Assembly (NCBI GenBank): GCA_964390265.1
Contig: CAYMHI010000005.1
Location: 1-59,797 of the forward strand
Direction of reading: 5' to 3'
Source: an uncultured Candidatus Saccharibacteria bacterium
GTDB taxonomy: Bacteria > Patescibacteriota > Saccharimonadia > CAILAD01 > BJGX01
Length of the DNA: 59,797 nucleotides
Shown: one piece after another, positions 10,254 through 18,980 of the stretch
Position numbering within the stretch: the first letter of the stretch is position 1
Layout of the letters: each line of letters opens with the position of its first letter
Program-made: the position numbers and the translations under genes
Notes under the pieces: generated by a model
Database searches by the model: none
Told to the model about the DNA's origin: nothing
Seen by the model: the letters and a program-made list of their open reading frames with translations, nothing else

Positions 10254-10751
10254 ATGGCTAAAGATTCAAGTTTTGATGTAGTAAGTGAATACGATGTGAG
10301 TGCAATGATAAACGCTTGTGAACAAGCGCAACGCGAAATATCTACACGATATGATTTTCAAGGAACAGGCGCCAAGCTAACATTTGATAGAGATGCGCAC
10401 AAGATAGATATTGAGGCCAATAGCGAGCTCAAGCTAGAAGCTATGGAGGGTGTAATAGAAAACAAATTTATAAAAGCTGGTCTTAGCTTGAAGTTTCTAG
10501 ATAAAACTGGCGAGGTACACGAGAACAATATGATTGCCAGCAAAACATTGCCCTTAGTTCAGGGCTTAGATCAAACCAAGGCCAAGCAAATTACTGCACT
10601 TATTCGCGAAAAGGGCTGGAAAGTTAAAACGCAAATTCAAGGTGAAGCTGTACGTGTAACTGCCCCCAAAAAGGATGATTTGCAGGCAGTGATGGATGCA
10701 CTACGCAGTGCCGATTTTGATTTTCCATTAAGTTTTAATAACTTTCGCTAG
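10254..10751 (+). CDS. yajQ: YajQ family nucleotide (c-di-GMP)-binding protein
   Basis: SFDVVSE, RYDF.G, VKTQIQGEAVRVT..KKDDLQ.V and NNFR motifs. Confidence 0.92.
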   Translation: MAKDSSFDVVSEYDVSAMINACEQAQREISTRYDFQGTGAKLTFDRDAHKIDIEANSELKLEAMEGVIENKFIKAGLSLKFLDKTGEVHENNMIASKTLPLVQGLDQTKAKQITALIREKGWKVKTQIQGEAVRVTAPKKDDLQAVMDALRSADFDFPLSFNNFR

Positions 10752-10824
10752 TCTCTACTTTACAAACTTAATCAAATTAATATATAATCTTGAAAGTTTG
10801 TACCTACCACCGAAAGGCTTAAAT

Positions 10825-11391
10825 GTGTCCAAGGCGAACGATGGGTATATTGCTCCTCAAGCAATGAAGCTACAAGTAGAGCACCTACTTATCAGGCTTG
10901 GTAAGCTTACACCCAATGAAATTGCAGAACTGTTTGATATTAGTCCAGATGAAGGCAAGATTCGGCGTGGTGAAGTCTTTAAAAGCTATATGACCGCCGA
11001 GCTAAATATGGGGTTTAGTTTTACAGCTCCAACTGCTGACTTCCCAACTATGAATGTTTGGCTCAAAACCACTAGTGGTGAGTTTGAGACCAAAATTCGA
11101 ATAGATGCGCCAATTAGTTTGGCAGACTTTCTCAAGCTAGAGGGAGCTCAGCGCAGGCGAGGGGTAATTGGCCTAACTACTCAGCAATCACAAGTATTTC
11201 GGGCTATATGTATTATGCAAAGTACCGAAGGCTCGGCTGAGGAGTTGTATAGAATTTTGTCTGATGATTGGTTGTTTACAATGATCGCCTCTGACGAAAT
11301 AGAGAGAAACAGAGCCAATCTCATGGTAGCTGGAATTTACCCAGACGAACTCAATGAGTGGTATAGAGCGCAAATTGAAGGACGCGACTAG
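10825..11391 (+). CDS. Hypothetical protein (ORFan cassette)
   Basis: ORF open from 10798; likely GTG start at 10825 after GAAAGG. Promoter TTTACA-18-TATAAT at 10759-10788; hairpin plus T-tract at about 11404-11428. Confidence 0.65.
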   Translation: MSKANDGYIAPQAMKLQVEHLLIRLGKLTPNEIAELFDISPDEGKIRRGEVFKSYMTAELNMGFSFTAPTADFPTMNVWLKTTSGEFETKIRIDAPISLADFLKLEGAQRRRGVIGLTTQQSQVFRAICIMQSTEGSAEELYRILSDDWLFTMIASDEIERNRANLMVAGIYPDELNEWYRAQIEGRD

Positions 11392-11484
11392 AAATAAACC
11401 TGGCTTCAGGATATCCCTGGGGCTTTTTACTTACGCTTTACTAAACTAGGGTATAATTGATTTAATAAAAGTATGTAATAGCTG

Positions 11485-11540
11485 TTGACATGTACGCACA
11501 GTGTTCGGTATAGTTAATTTATAAAGAATATAAACCGAAC
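11485..11540 (+). promoter_or_regulatory. recA promoter with candidate repressor boxes
   Basis: TTGACA-18-TATAGT (11485-11514); GTAC-N7-GTTC at 11492-11506; GAAT-N7-GAAC at 11526-11540. Confidence 0.55.
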
Positions 11541-11557
11541 AAAACAAGGAGGGCGAC

Positions 11558-12655
11558 ATGGCTACAGCAACATCAGCACAATCAACTAAAACTGGTAAGG
11601 AGCAATTGGTGAAAGAAACTAAAGATAGCGGAGCGCAAAAAGATAAAAAAAGCGGGCAGTTAAGCGCACAAGAGAAGACATCTCGCCTTAAAGCAGTTGA
11701 CTTGGCGGTAGAACAAATAGAGCGACAATTTGGTCAAGGCTCAATTATGAAATTAGGAGAAGGTATGCAAGTAGCCGTAGAAACTATACCTACCGGTAGC
11801 TTGTCGCTCGATCTTGCATTGGGTAGCGGTATTCCAAAGGGACGTATTGTAGAAATATATGGCCCAGAGTCTAGCGGTAAAACAACCCTTGCTCTTCACA
11901 CTGTAGCTGAGGTGCAAAAAAATGGCGGTCTTGCTGCATTTATAGATGCCGAGCACGCACTCGACCCAGAGTATGCATCTAAAATAGGTGTAAAACTAAA
12001 CGATCTTTTGATATCACAGCCCGACACTGGCGAGCAGGCCTTGGAAATTTGCGAAACCCTAGTACGCTCTAGTGCGGTAGATGTTGTGGTAGTAGACTCT
12101 GTAGCAGCATTGGTACCTCGAGCCGAAATAGAAGGCGAAATGGGTGATAGCCATATGGGCTTGCAAGCCAGACTAATGAGCCAGGCCTTGCGCAAGTTAG
12201 CTGGAGTAATTGCTAAATCTAATACTACTGTTATATTTATAAACCAGCTACGCATGAAGATAGGTGTGATGTTTGGCAACCCCGAGGTAACTGCTGGTGG
12301 TAACGCTCTCAAATATTATGCATCTGTACGGCTAGACATTCGTCGCACCGAACAAATAAAAGATGGCGACAATGTGATAGGCAACCACGTAAAAGTAAAG
12401 GTAGTAAAGAATAAAATTGCTGCACCGTTCAAAATTGCTGAGTTTGACATAATGTATAACGAAGGCATTTCTAAATCTGGTGATATGATAGATTTGGCGG
12501 TCAAGTACGACTTGGTGCAAAAAGCTGGCGCTTGGTATGCCTACAAAGACGAAAAGATTGGTCAGGGTCGCGAAGCTGCCAAGGTATTTTTGCAAGAACA
12601 TCCAAAAGTAATGGTAGAGCTTGAGAAAGCTATCAGAACTGCAGCTGCCGCGTAG
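11558..12655 (+). CDS. recA: Recombinase RecA
   Basis: [38 protein letters not shown] and [17 protein letters not shown] motifs. Confidence 0.99.
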   Translation: MATATSAQSTKTGKEQLVKETKDSGAQKDKKSGQLSAQEKTSRLKAVDLAVEQIERQFGQGSIMKLGEGMQVAVETIPTGSLSLDLALGSGIPKGRIVEIYGPESSGKTTLALHTVAEVQKNGGLAAFIDAEHALDPEYASKIGVKLNDLLISQPDTGEQALEICETLVRSSAVDVVVVDSVAALVPRAEIEGEMGDSHMGLQARLMSQALRKLAGVIAKSNTTVIFINQLRMKIGVMFGNPEVTAGGNALKYYASVRLDIRRTEQIKDGDNVIGNHVKVKVVKNKIAAPFKIAEFDIMYNEGISKSGDMIDLAVKYDLVQKAGAWYAYKDEKIGQGREAAKVFLQEHPKVMVELEKAIRTAAAA

Positions 12656-12663
12656 TCCATTAC

Positions 12664-12726
12664 GTCATCCTGAACTAGCTTCAGGATCTCGCCAAGATCT
12701 CTCTACTAACGCTCAAGATTACAAAA
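12664..12726. repeat. REP-like palindrome, copy 2, after recA
   Basis: GTCATCCTGAACTAGCTTCAGGATCT...AGATCTCTCTACTAACGCTCAAGATTACAAAA; homologous to 1038-1099. Confidence 0.65.
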
Positions 12727-12797
12727 AAGCTGTTTACCCAAGATTACTAGATACATTTCGACTATTATTGAGGTAGTATAGGTATTCTAAAAACATC

Positions 12798-13418
12798 ATG
12801 AACCAAATAACCAAAATATCTCCGCAAACAAAACGCGATGGTTACTATAATATTTTTGTAAATGAAGCATTTTTTTGCTCTCTCAGCGATTTACAACTAG
12901 CTACGCTACATCTCAAAGTTGGCCAACAACTTTCTGACCAAGAACAAGCTAGTATTAAAAAAGCATCGGCTATTACTAAAACCTACAATAGAGCCTTGTA
13001 TTATTTGCAGTATGGGCCAAGAACTACCTGGCAAATGAATAAATACTTGATTAATAAAGGTTATGAACCAGAGTATATTGATGCAACAATTCAAACTCTT
13101 ATCACTGAGAAATATCTTAATGATGAGCTTTATGCCATGAGCTTCGTACGAGATAGACAGGCATTTAAACCCCGCTCTAAACGAATGCTCACAGCCGAGC
13201 TAAGGCGTAAGGGCATTGAAAACGATATTATTGATACTGTTTTGGGTGAGCTAGATGAAAATGATCAAGTTGAGTCGATAAAAAAAATAGTTGATAAAAA
13301 AATTAAACAAGCAAAATACCAAGATAAAAAGAAGCTAACCGAATACCTATTGCGCCAAGGATTTAGTTATTCGGATATTAAGTGTGCATTGAAAGACATA
13401 GAGGGCATTACAAATTAG
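12798..13418 (+). CDS. recX: Regulatory protein RecX
   Basis: Follows recA; RAL.YL..GPRT, YLND..YA..FV, L.AELRRKG and YLLRQGF motifs. Confidence 0.88.
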   Translation: MNQITKISPQTKRDGYYNIFVNEAFFCSLSDLQLATLHLKVGQQLSDQEQASIKKASAITKTYNRALYYLQYGPRTTWQMNKYLINKGYEPEYIDATIQTLITEKYLNDELYAMSFVRDRQAFKPRSKRMLTAELRRKGIENDIIDTVLGELDENDQVESIKKIVDKKIKQAKYQDKKKLTEYLLRQGFSYSDIKCALKDIEGITN

Positions 13419-13942
13419 CTATTTTGAGGCAAGGGCACAGTGGCAGTCTTTTTAATCATTGCAAAGTTATCTTTAACAATTATGACATTTTGCTTGGTTT
13501 CAACAATACTGCTTCTATCAATGAGTAAGCTACTTACAAAGATACCACTAAGTAGTCTGGGTCTTACCTTTAGTTTGGTTATGTAGTAGTGGGCAGGATC
13601 AAACATATAGTCAACAACCCTACCGAGTTTTTTGCCGCCGACAGTCTCAACTGGCTTATGTATTAGTGCGTAGTCGTTGGTGATGTCGTGTTGGTAACGT
13701 ACCAAATCGCTAAATTCACTAATGTTTTGCAATGAGTCAATCAAGACTTTTTGATTGTTAAAATGCCGAATATCGCGGGGTAGTAAGTAGTGTTTCTCTC
13801 TAGAGCTAAAGGTTTGTAAGCTAAATACTATTATCTTTAAATCCTCGGGCTTAAGTACAAAGCCGTTGATTACACCCAGCACCTCGGCGCTTTGCACGCT
13901 GACTACATTTAGCCCTATAAACTCGCTAGCTATTATTTGCAT
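13415..13942 (-). CDS. PRC-barrel domain protein
   Basis: Tandem IG..V......LG.I..F and V.T..GKKLG.V.DY.FD....I..L.V PRC-barrel patterns. Start moved to the ATG at 13942 (MQIIASE). Confidence 0.7.
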   Translation of the reverse strand: MQIIASEFIGLNVVSVQSAEVLGVINGFVLKPEDLKIIVFSLQTFSSREKHYLLPRDIRHFNNQKVLIDSLQNISEFSDLVRYQHDITNDYALIHKPVETVGGKKLGRVVDYMFDPAHYYITKLKVRPRLLSGIFVSSLLIDRSSIVETKQNVIIVKDNFAMIKKTATVPLPQNS

Positions 13943-14037
13943 AGACCAATTATACCTTGAACCACACAAATTTCGTTATATTAGCTTGCTAATTGCGAAC
14001 GGCAAAAGAAGGCATTTAGTTCAGAGGCTTTTATATC

Positions 14038-14066
14038 TTGACTAAGAGGGCCTGATAAGCTATACT
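14038..14066 (+). promoter_or_regulatory. sigma70 promoter of the rpsF operon
   Basis: TTGACT-17-TATACT. Confidence 0.65.
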
Positions 14067-14100
14067 CATCTAGAAGTTAATAAAGTAATAACACGCCTTT

Positions 14101-14153
14101 TTACTCCTCCGACGATACGTCGGGGCAGTAAAACTCCGACGTTTATGTCGGAG
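14101..14153 (+). promoter_or_regulatory. Structured rpsF 5' leader (two tandem CTCCGACG hairpins)
   Basis: TTACTCCTCCGACG-ATA-CGTCGGGGCAGTAA and CTCCGACG-TTTA-TGTCGGAG lie just upstream of the SD (AAAGGA). Confidence 0.5.
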
Positions 14154-14175
14154 GGTGCCAAAGAAAGGAAAGTGT

Positions 14176-14541
14176 ATGCGTCACTACGAAATAGCGGTAG
14201 TATTGCACCCTGATTTAGAGATAGATCTAGAAGCCAATACAAAAAAAATAGAAAAAATCATTGAGGAGCTTGGCGGTAAAATTACCAACCAAGATAACTG
14301 GGGAAAGAAAAAGCTTGCTTATAAAATCAACAAGCAAGACTGGGGTATTTACATATTTTATCAAATAGAAGCCGAGCCTAATAAAATACGTGGTATTAAC
14401 GACAGACTTAGAATCACCGAAGAGGTAATGCGATTTTTAATTGTTAGCTTAGAAGATATTCGTTATTTGAAAAAACCCAATCAAAAACCTGCTACTAAAG
14501 CCAAGGCGGATGCTAAAATTGAAAAAGAGGAGAAAGTATAA
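14176..14541 (+). CDS. rpsF: 30S ribosomal protein S6
   Basis: MRHYEIAVVLHP, WGKKKLAYKINK, EEVMRFLIV. Start set at the ATG at 14176. Confidence 0.95.
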   Translation: MRHYEIAVVLHPDLEIDLEANTKKIEKIIEELGGKITNQDNWGKKKLAYKINKQDWGIYIFYQIEAEPNKIRGINDRLRITEEVMRFLIVSLEDIRYLKKPNQKPATKAKADAKIEKEEKV

Positions 14542-15014
14542 TGGCAAAAGACTTTAATCAAGCAATAGTAATGGGTAACTTAACCCGCGACCCAGAACTT
14601 AGAACCACACCAAGTGGTCAATCTGTAGCATCATTTGCAGTGGCTACCAATCGTAGCTGGAACGACCCATCAGGTGAACGTAAAGACTCTGTAGAGTACC
14701 ACGATATTGTAGCTTGGGGCAAACTAGGTGAGTTGGTATCGAACTATCTGGCAAAAGGTCGTAAAGTATTGGTAGTAGGTCGTTTGCAGACTCGTAATTG
14801 GGAAGGCCAAGACGGCTCTAAAAGACAGCGTACCGAGATTGTGGCAACCGATATAAACTTTGTGGGTGGCGCTGGCGATACCCCCGAAGGTAATGGCAAT
14901 GTAACTAACAAGCCTAGTGAAGACAAGGCAACTAAAAAAACCGATAAGAAAGACGATGTGGTTATTGAGGATATGGGTGAAGGGGAGATTAATTTAGACG
15001 ATATCCCATTCTAA
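14541..15014 (+). CDS. ssb: Single-stranded DNA-binding protein
   Basis: N.AIVMGNLTRDPELR.T, VEGRL-like VVGRLQTRNW and an acidic tail ending DDIPF. Confidence 0.97.
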   Translation: MAKDFNQAIVMGNLTRDPELRTTPSGQSVASFAVATNRSWNDPSGERKDSVEYHDIVAWGKLGELVSNYLAKGRKVLVVGRLQTRNWEGQDGSKRQRTEIVATDINFVGGAGDTPEGNGNVTNKPSEDKATKKTDKKDDVVIEDMGEGEINLDDIPF

Positions 15015-15047
15015 AAAGTCCTATTGGCGAATTTCGTTGTCTACTGC

Positions 15048-15098
15048 TTCGAAACTCGCTGTTGCGTAGCAATATCTACGTTTCGCTGGAGTTTCTCA
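15048..15098. repeat. Nested palindrome between ssb and rpsR (REP-like)
   Basis: GAAACTC 15051-57 / GAGTTTC 15089-95 enclose CGTAG-CAATAT-CTACG. Same overall layout as the core of 237-344. Confidence 0.5.
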
Positions 15099-15176
15099 TT
15101 GTATCCTAGAAATCCACACAAAATACACTCTTTAGAATAATTCAATAAATTCGAATATTATTAAACAAGGAAAATT

Positions 15177-15395
15177 ATGGCAGAATATTATCAAAGCAAA
15201 CAAAATAAGTTCTATGCAGAAGACTTAGAATATATAGACTACAAAGATTTTAAAACTTTGCAGCGCTACATAAATGGCTCGGGCAAGATAGAGTCGCGCA
15301 AACGTACTGGTGCTAGTATGAAACACCAAAGAATGCTAGCCACTGCACTAAAAAGAGCTCGCCACATTGGCTTAATACCTTTCGTTGTTAAATAG
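15177..15395 (+). CDS. rpsR: 30S ribosomal protein S18
   Basis: IDYKD...L.RYI...GKI.SRK.TG...KHQR.LA.A.KRAR..GL.PF. This version lacks the Cys motif. Confidence 0.95.
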   Translation: MAEYYQSKQNKFYAEDLEYIDYKDFKTLQRYINGSGKIESRKRTGASMKHQRMLATALKRARHIGLIPFVVK

Positions 15396-15403
15396 AGGTA
15401 TAA

Positions 15404-15964
15404 ATGTATAGCCCAACCGACTTACGAAAAGAAACTCTCATCGACTTGGATGGAGTGCCATACAAAGTAGTTGAATATGCCCAGAAACAAATGGGTAGGG
15501 GTGGAAGTATAGTAAATACCAAGCTTAAAAACCTTATTACCGGTAACGTTATAGATAAGACTTTTCGTAACGATGCGCGTATTACGCCGGCTAGCGTAGA
15601 GCGCCAATCAGTGCAATATTTGTATTCAACCAATGATAGTTATAATTTTATGGATCTCGAAACCTACGAGACTATTGAGGTGAGTACCAAGCTTGACCAA
15701 AACATCCCCAAATACATTCTAGAGGGTGGCAAAATAGACGCTCTAATTTACGACGAAAAAGTAATTGGTTTTGAGTGGCCCAAAAATGTAGTACTTAAAG
15801 TAACTTCTGCGCCAGGCGGAGATAAAGGTAACAGTGCTAGTAGTAATACCAAAGAGGTTACCCTAGAAACTGGTATAAAAGTTCAAGCCCCACAATTTAT
15901 TAAAGTGGGTGACAGCCTAAAAGTAGATACACGTTCTGGTGCTTATTTAGAACGTGCCAAATAG
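15404..15964 (+). CDS. efp: Elongation factor P
   Basis: DLRK...I.LDG.PY, MGRGG..V..KLKNL.TG, LETG..VQ.P.FI..GD..KVDTR.G.Y.ER. Confidence 0.93.
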   Translation: MYSPTDLRKETLIDLDGVPYKVVEYAQKQMGRGGSIVNTKLKNLITGNVIDKTFRNDARITPASVERQSVQYLYSTNDSYNFMDLETYETIEVSTKLDQNIPKYILEGGKIDALIYDEKVIGFEWPKNVVLKVTSAPGGDKGNSASSNTKEVTLETGIKVQAPQFIKVGDSLKVDTRSGAYLERAK

Positions 15965-16005
15965 TAAATTATTAATAAAATAGACTTAGTGATAAAATAA
16001 GGCTT

Positions 16006-16698
16006 ATGCTTTATTCTATGCCTAGCAATATAATATCGTTTTTTGTACTTGGAGTATCTATTACGCTTTTTGGGTTAAGAGGTCTATATTTGTATAGTAA
16101 GCAAAAAACACCACTCATTTTTTACTTTGGTTTAGGCGCTCTACTAGGTGGTTTATCGGCCTTGTCTTATTCAGTGCCATTTGTATTTACACATACCGAG
16201 TCGGTTCTGAAAATGACTACGTTGGTGGGTGATGTGTTATATTACGGCTCTATTATAGTAATGACTAGAATTATTTGGTATCTGGGGTTCAATAAAGGCA
16301 TAGCTTACGGTTGGGTGTTGGCACCTTACTTGGCAATGATTGCGGGAGCAATGATAGCTAGCTTGATATATATGCCCACAATACACTATGTATTTACTGG
16401 TGGTCACGTAGAATATCCGGTTCCACTTGTAGCTAGCTGGTTTTTTGCAGCTATGTCATCGGCTTTTGTGTTTGTAGGACTACTTACTATTTTTTCTGCC
16501 AGACATATCACTGTAGCAACGCAAAGAGTGAGGTTATATCTAATTGGTAGCGCATTTTTGGTGGGTGGAGTACTAGCAATAATAAATTTCTTATTTTCGC
16601 ATGGTAGTAATACCAGTCTGTTTGGCATCGCGGGTTACGTAATTGTAGCCCTCACGTTATTTGTAGGAATTTTTATAATAAGTCGCAACAAATCTTAA
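16006..16698 (+). CDS. Polytopic (about 7 TM) membrane protein of unknown function
   Basis: Hydrophobic throughout, with no soluble catalytic domain. Confidence 0.65.
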   Translation: MLYSMPSNIISFFVLGVSITLFGLRGLYLYSKQKTPLIFYFGLGALLGGLSALSYSVPFVFTHTESVLKMTTLVGDVLYYGSIIVMTRIIWYLGFNKGIAYGWVLAPYLAMIAGAMIASLIYMPTIHYVFTGGHVEYPVPLVASWFFAAMSSAFVFVGLLTIFSARHITVATQRVRLYLIGSAFLVGGVLAIINFLFSHGSNTSLFGIAGYVIVALTLFVGIFIISRNKS

Positions 16699-16706
16699 CA
16701 GAGTAT

Positions 16707-17783
16707 CTAATTGTTAAATCTAAATACAATTACATCGCCGTCTTTTACAATATAATCTTTGCCTTCTAATCGAACTTTGCCGGCATCTTTGGCACCCAGC
16801 CATCCATTGCATTCTACAAAGTCAGCAAAACTTACTACTTCGGCTTTGATAAAACCATGCTCAAAATCAGTATGAATAACGCCTGCGGCTTGAGGTGCAG
16901 TAGCGCCAATTTTAATAGTCCAAGCACGAGTTTCGGTTGGTCCGCTAGTGAAAAAGCTTTGTAGGCCAAGTATTTTATAGCCTTTTATTATTAACTCTTC
17001 TAGGCCAGAGTTGTCTTGCCCGAGTTCTTTTAGTAACTCTTTGGCTTCGTTCTCGGGCATATCTTGCAGTTCGGCCTCTAGCTTAGCGCACAAGAATATG
17101 GCCGATTCATTTGCTACCAACTTTTGTAGCTCGTCTTTTTTGGCCTTATCACTTAAGTGGTGTTCGTCGAGGTTAAAGACGTACAAAAATGGCTTAGTAG
17201 TAATTAGTTGTAGTTCTTTAATTTCTGGCGGAATCTCGTCTAATTCAGTTGACAAAACCTTGCCATCATTGAGTAGAGCTTGAGCTTTTTGCAAAGTTTG
17301 AATTTGGCCACTGACCTTTGGGTTAGATTTGAGTTCTTTTTGCAAAGTCTCTAGTCGTTTGGTAACAGTACTAAGATCGGCCAAGCATAGCTCGGTGGTT
17401 ATGGTATCGATATCGTTTTTGGCATCGAGGTTGTTTTCTACATGAATAACATCGGGGTCTTCAAAAACTCTTACTACTTGCACAATAGCATCGCATTCTC
17501 TAATGTTTTGCAAAAACTTGTTACCCAAACCTTCGCCGGTAGAGGCGCCTCGCACTAGGCCAGCAATATCTACAAAACTACAAGCCGCAGCAATAGTCTT
17601 AGCTGAGCTTGAGATACTAGCCAATTTATCTAATCGAGTATCTGGAACATTTACAATACCTACGTTGGGGTCGATAGTGGCAAAAGGGTAGTTGGCGGCT
17701 AGTACATTGTTTTTGGTTAGTGAATTAAAAAGAGTTGATTTACCCACATTTGGCAAACCAACTATTCCAAGTGATAAACTCAT
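16707..17783 (-). CDS. ychF: Redox-regulated ATPase YchF
   Basis: GIVGLPNVGKSTLFN, ANYPFATIDPN, DIAGLV.GAS.GEGLGNKFL, APQAAGVIHTDFE, Y.VKDGD. Confidence 0.97.
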   Translation of the reverse strand: MSLSLGIVGLPNVGKSTLFNSLTKNNVLAANYPFATIDPNVGIVNVPDTRLDKLASISSSAKTIAAACSFVDIAGLVRGASTGEGLGNKFLQNIRECDAIVQVVRVFEDPDVIHVENNLDAKNDIDTITTELCLADLSTVTKRLETLQKELKSNPKVSGQIQTLQKAQALLNDGKVLSTELDEIPPEIKELQLITTKPFLYVFNLDEHHLSDKAKKDELQKLVANESAIFLCAKLEAELQDMPENEAKELLKELGQDNSGLEELIIKGYKILGLQSFFTSGPTETRAWTIKIGATAPQAAGVIHTDFEHGFIKAEVVSFADFVECNGWLGAKDAGKVRLEGKDYIVKDGDVIVFRFNN

Positions 17784-17877
17784 ATCTATATTATACCAAT
17801 TATATTCTAACTAATAAAACTTGACTCATTAGCATAAGTACAATTATGATAAAGCCATATTAAATTGGCATCAATAC

Positions 17878-18918
17878 ATGGCCACTAAATCTAAAACTAA
17901 AAATAAGCAAAGAACTTACAAAAAAAATAATACCTCTAAAGTTCCTAAATGGTTGGCTCCAATACTTATTGTAGTAATTGGTATGGTAGGTATTTTTTTG
18001 GTTTACTCTAGTTTAGCCGCCACCAAACCCAATTTACGATTTCAAATTATGAAGGGTAGTGCGTGTGTAAACAGCGTAGAAAGTAATGATAGTACGGTGC
18101 ATATTCGAATAAGTCGCACGCAAGGCAATGAGGCTATTGGTAGCATACAAGTAAAAGTTGATGGGCAAGTAGTGTCTACCAACCCCAACTCTATTAGCGA
18201 ACCAACTACAAATCTTTTAGTAGCATCGCCAACTCTTTCTGCTAATCCTACTACACATAACATTTCTGTTACAGGTGTTAAGAGTGGATTGGGCGTAACG
18301 TTTTCGCCATATTGCGAGACTAGCGGTAGCAGTAATAATACGGTGTCGGTAGTTAGCCCTGATGGTACAGGTACTACAACCCCAGTAGGACAAAGACTTA
18401 CCGACTATCTTACTCCAGCCGAACTATCTGCTGGCTCAGCTTCTAGCGGTAACGCCGAAGCTGGAACGCCTGGGGGCAATATATATGGGGCAAGAAACTC
18501 AACTATTTATTGTAATCAAGGCCGATGCAGTATTGGCTATAATTATGGCAATGCTGTACAGACTATGATTAAGCCAAATTGGGGATGCACCAATGGTTCG
18601 GGGTGGTCGTATAAAGTGGTAAGTGGAACCAAAAAAGATCGCTGGCTTTGCACTCAGGATTATAGTGTAGAAAACGACCCAGTAGTGAGACCTTGGTTGA
18701 GAGTAGTAGCTTGCGAGAGTGGTGGCAACTGGGCAATAAATACTGGCAATGGTTTTTATGGAGGTTTGCAGTTTGACTTACAAACCTGGCAATCGGTGGG
18801 AGGACAGGGCTATCCTCACCAGAATTCGGCTCATGAGCAAGCCTATAGAGCAAGTCTACTACGCTCTCAGCGTGGCACTCAGCCATGGCCAATATGTGGA
18901 AAATATTATAATGGTTAG
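17878..18918 (+). CDS. Secreted protein with a C-terminal Rpf-like (resuscitation-promoting factor) transglycosylase domain
   Basis: W.RVVACESGGNWAINTGNGFYGGLQFDLQTW..VGG...P...S..EQ...A..L...RG..PWPICG at about 18691-18900; N-terminal signal/anchor helix. Confidence 0.88.
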   Translation: MATKSKTKNKQRTYKKNNTSKVPKWLAPILIVVIGMVGIFLVYSSLAATKPNLRFQIMKGSACVNSVESNDSTVHIRISRTQGNEAIGSIQVKVDGQVVSTNPNSISEPTTNLLVASPTLSANPTTHNISVTGVKSGLGVTFSPYCETSGSSNNTVSVVSPDGTGTTTPVGQRLTDYLTPAELSAGSASSGNAEAGTPGGNIYGARNSTIYCNQGRCSIGYNYGNAVQTMIKPNWGCTNGSGWSYKVVSGTKKDRWLCTQDYSVENDPVVRPWLRVVACESGGNWAINTGNGFYGGLQFDLQTWQSVGGQGYPHQNSAHEQAYRASLLRSQRGTQPWPICGKYYNG

Positions 18919-18980
18919 TTGACTTTTTTATAGCGCTTATGCTAAATTAGATATAAATTATAAAAACAAGGATTAAATAA

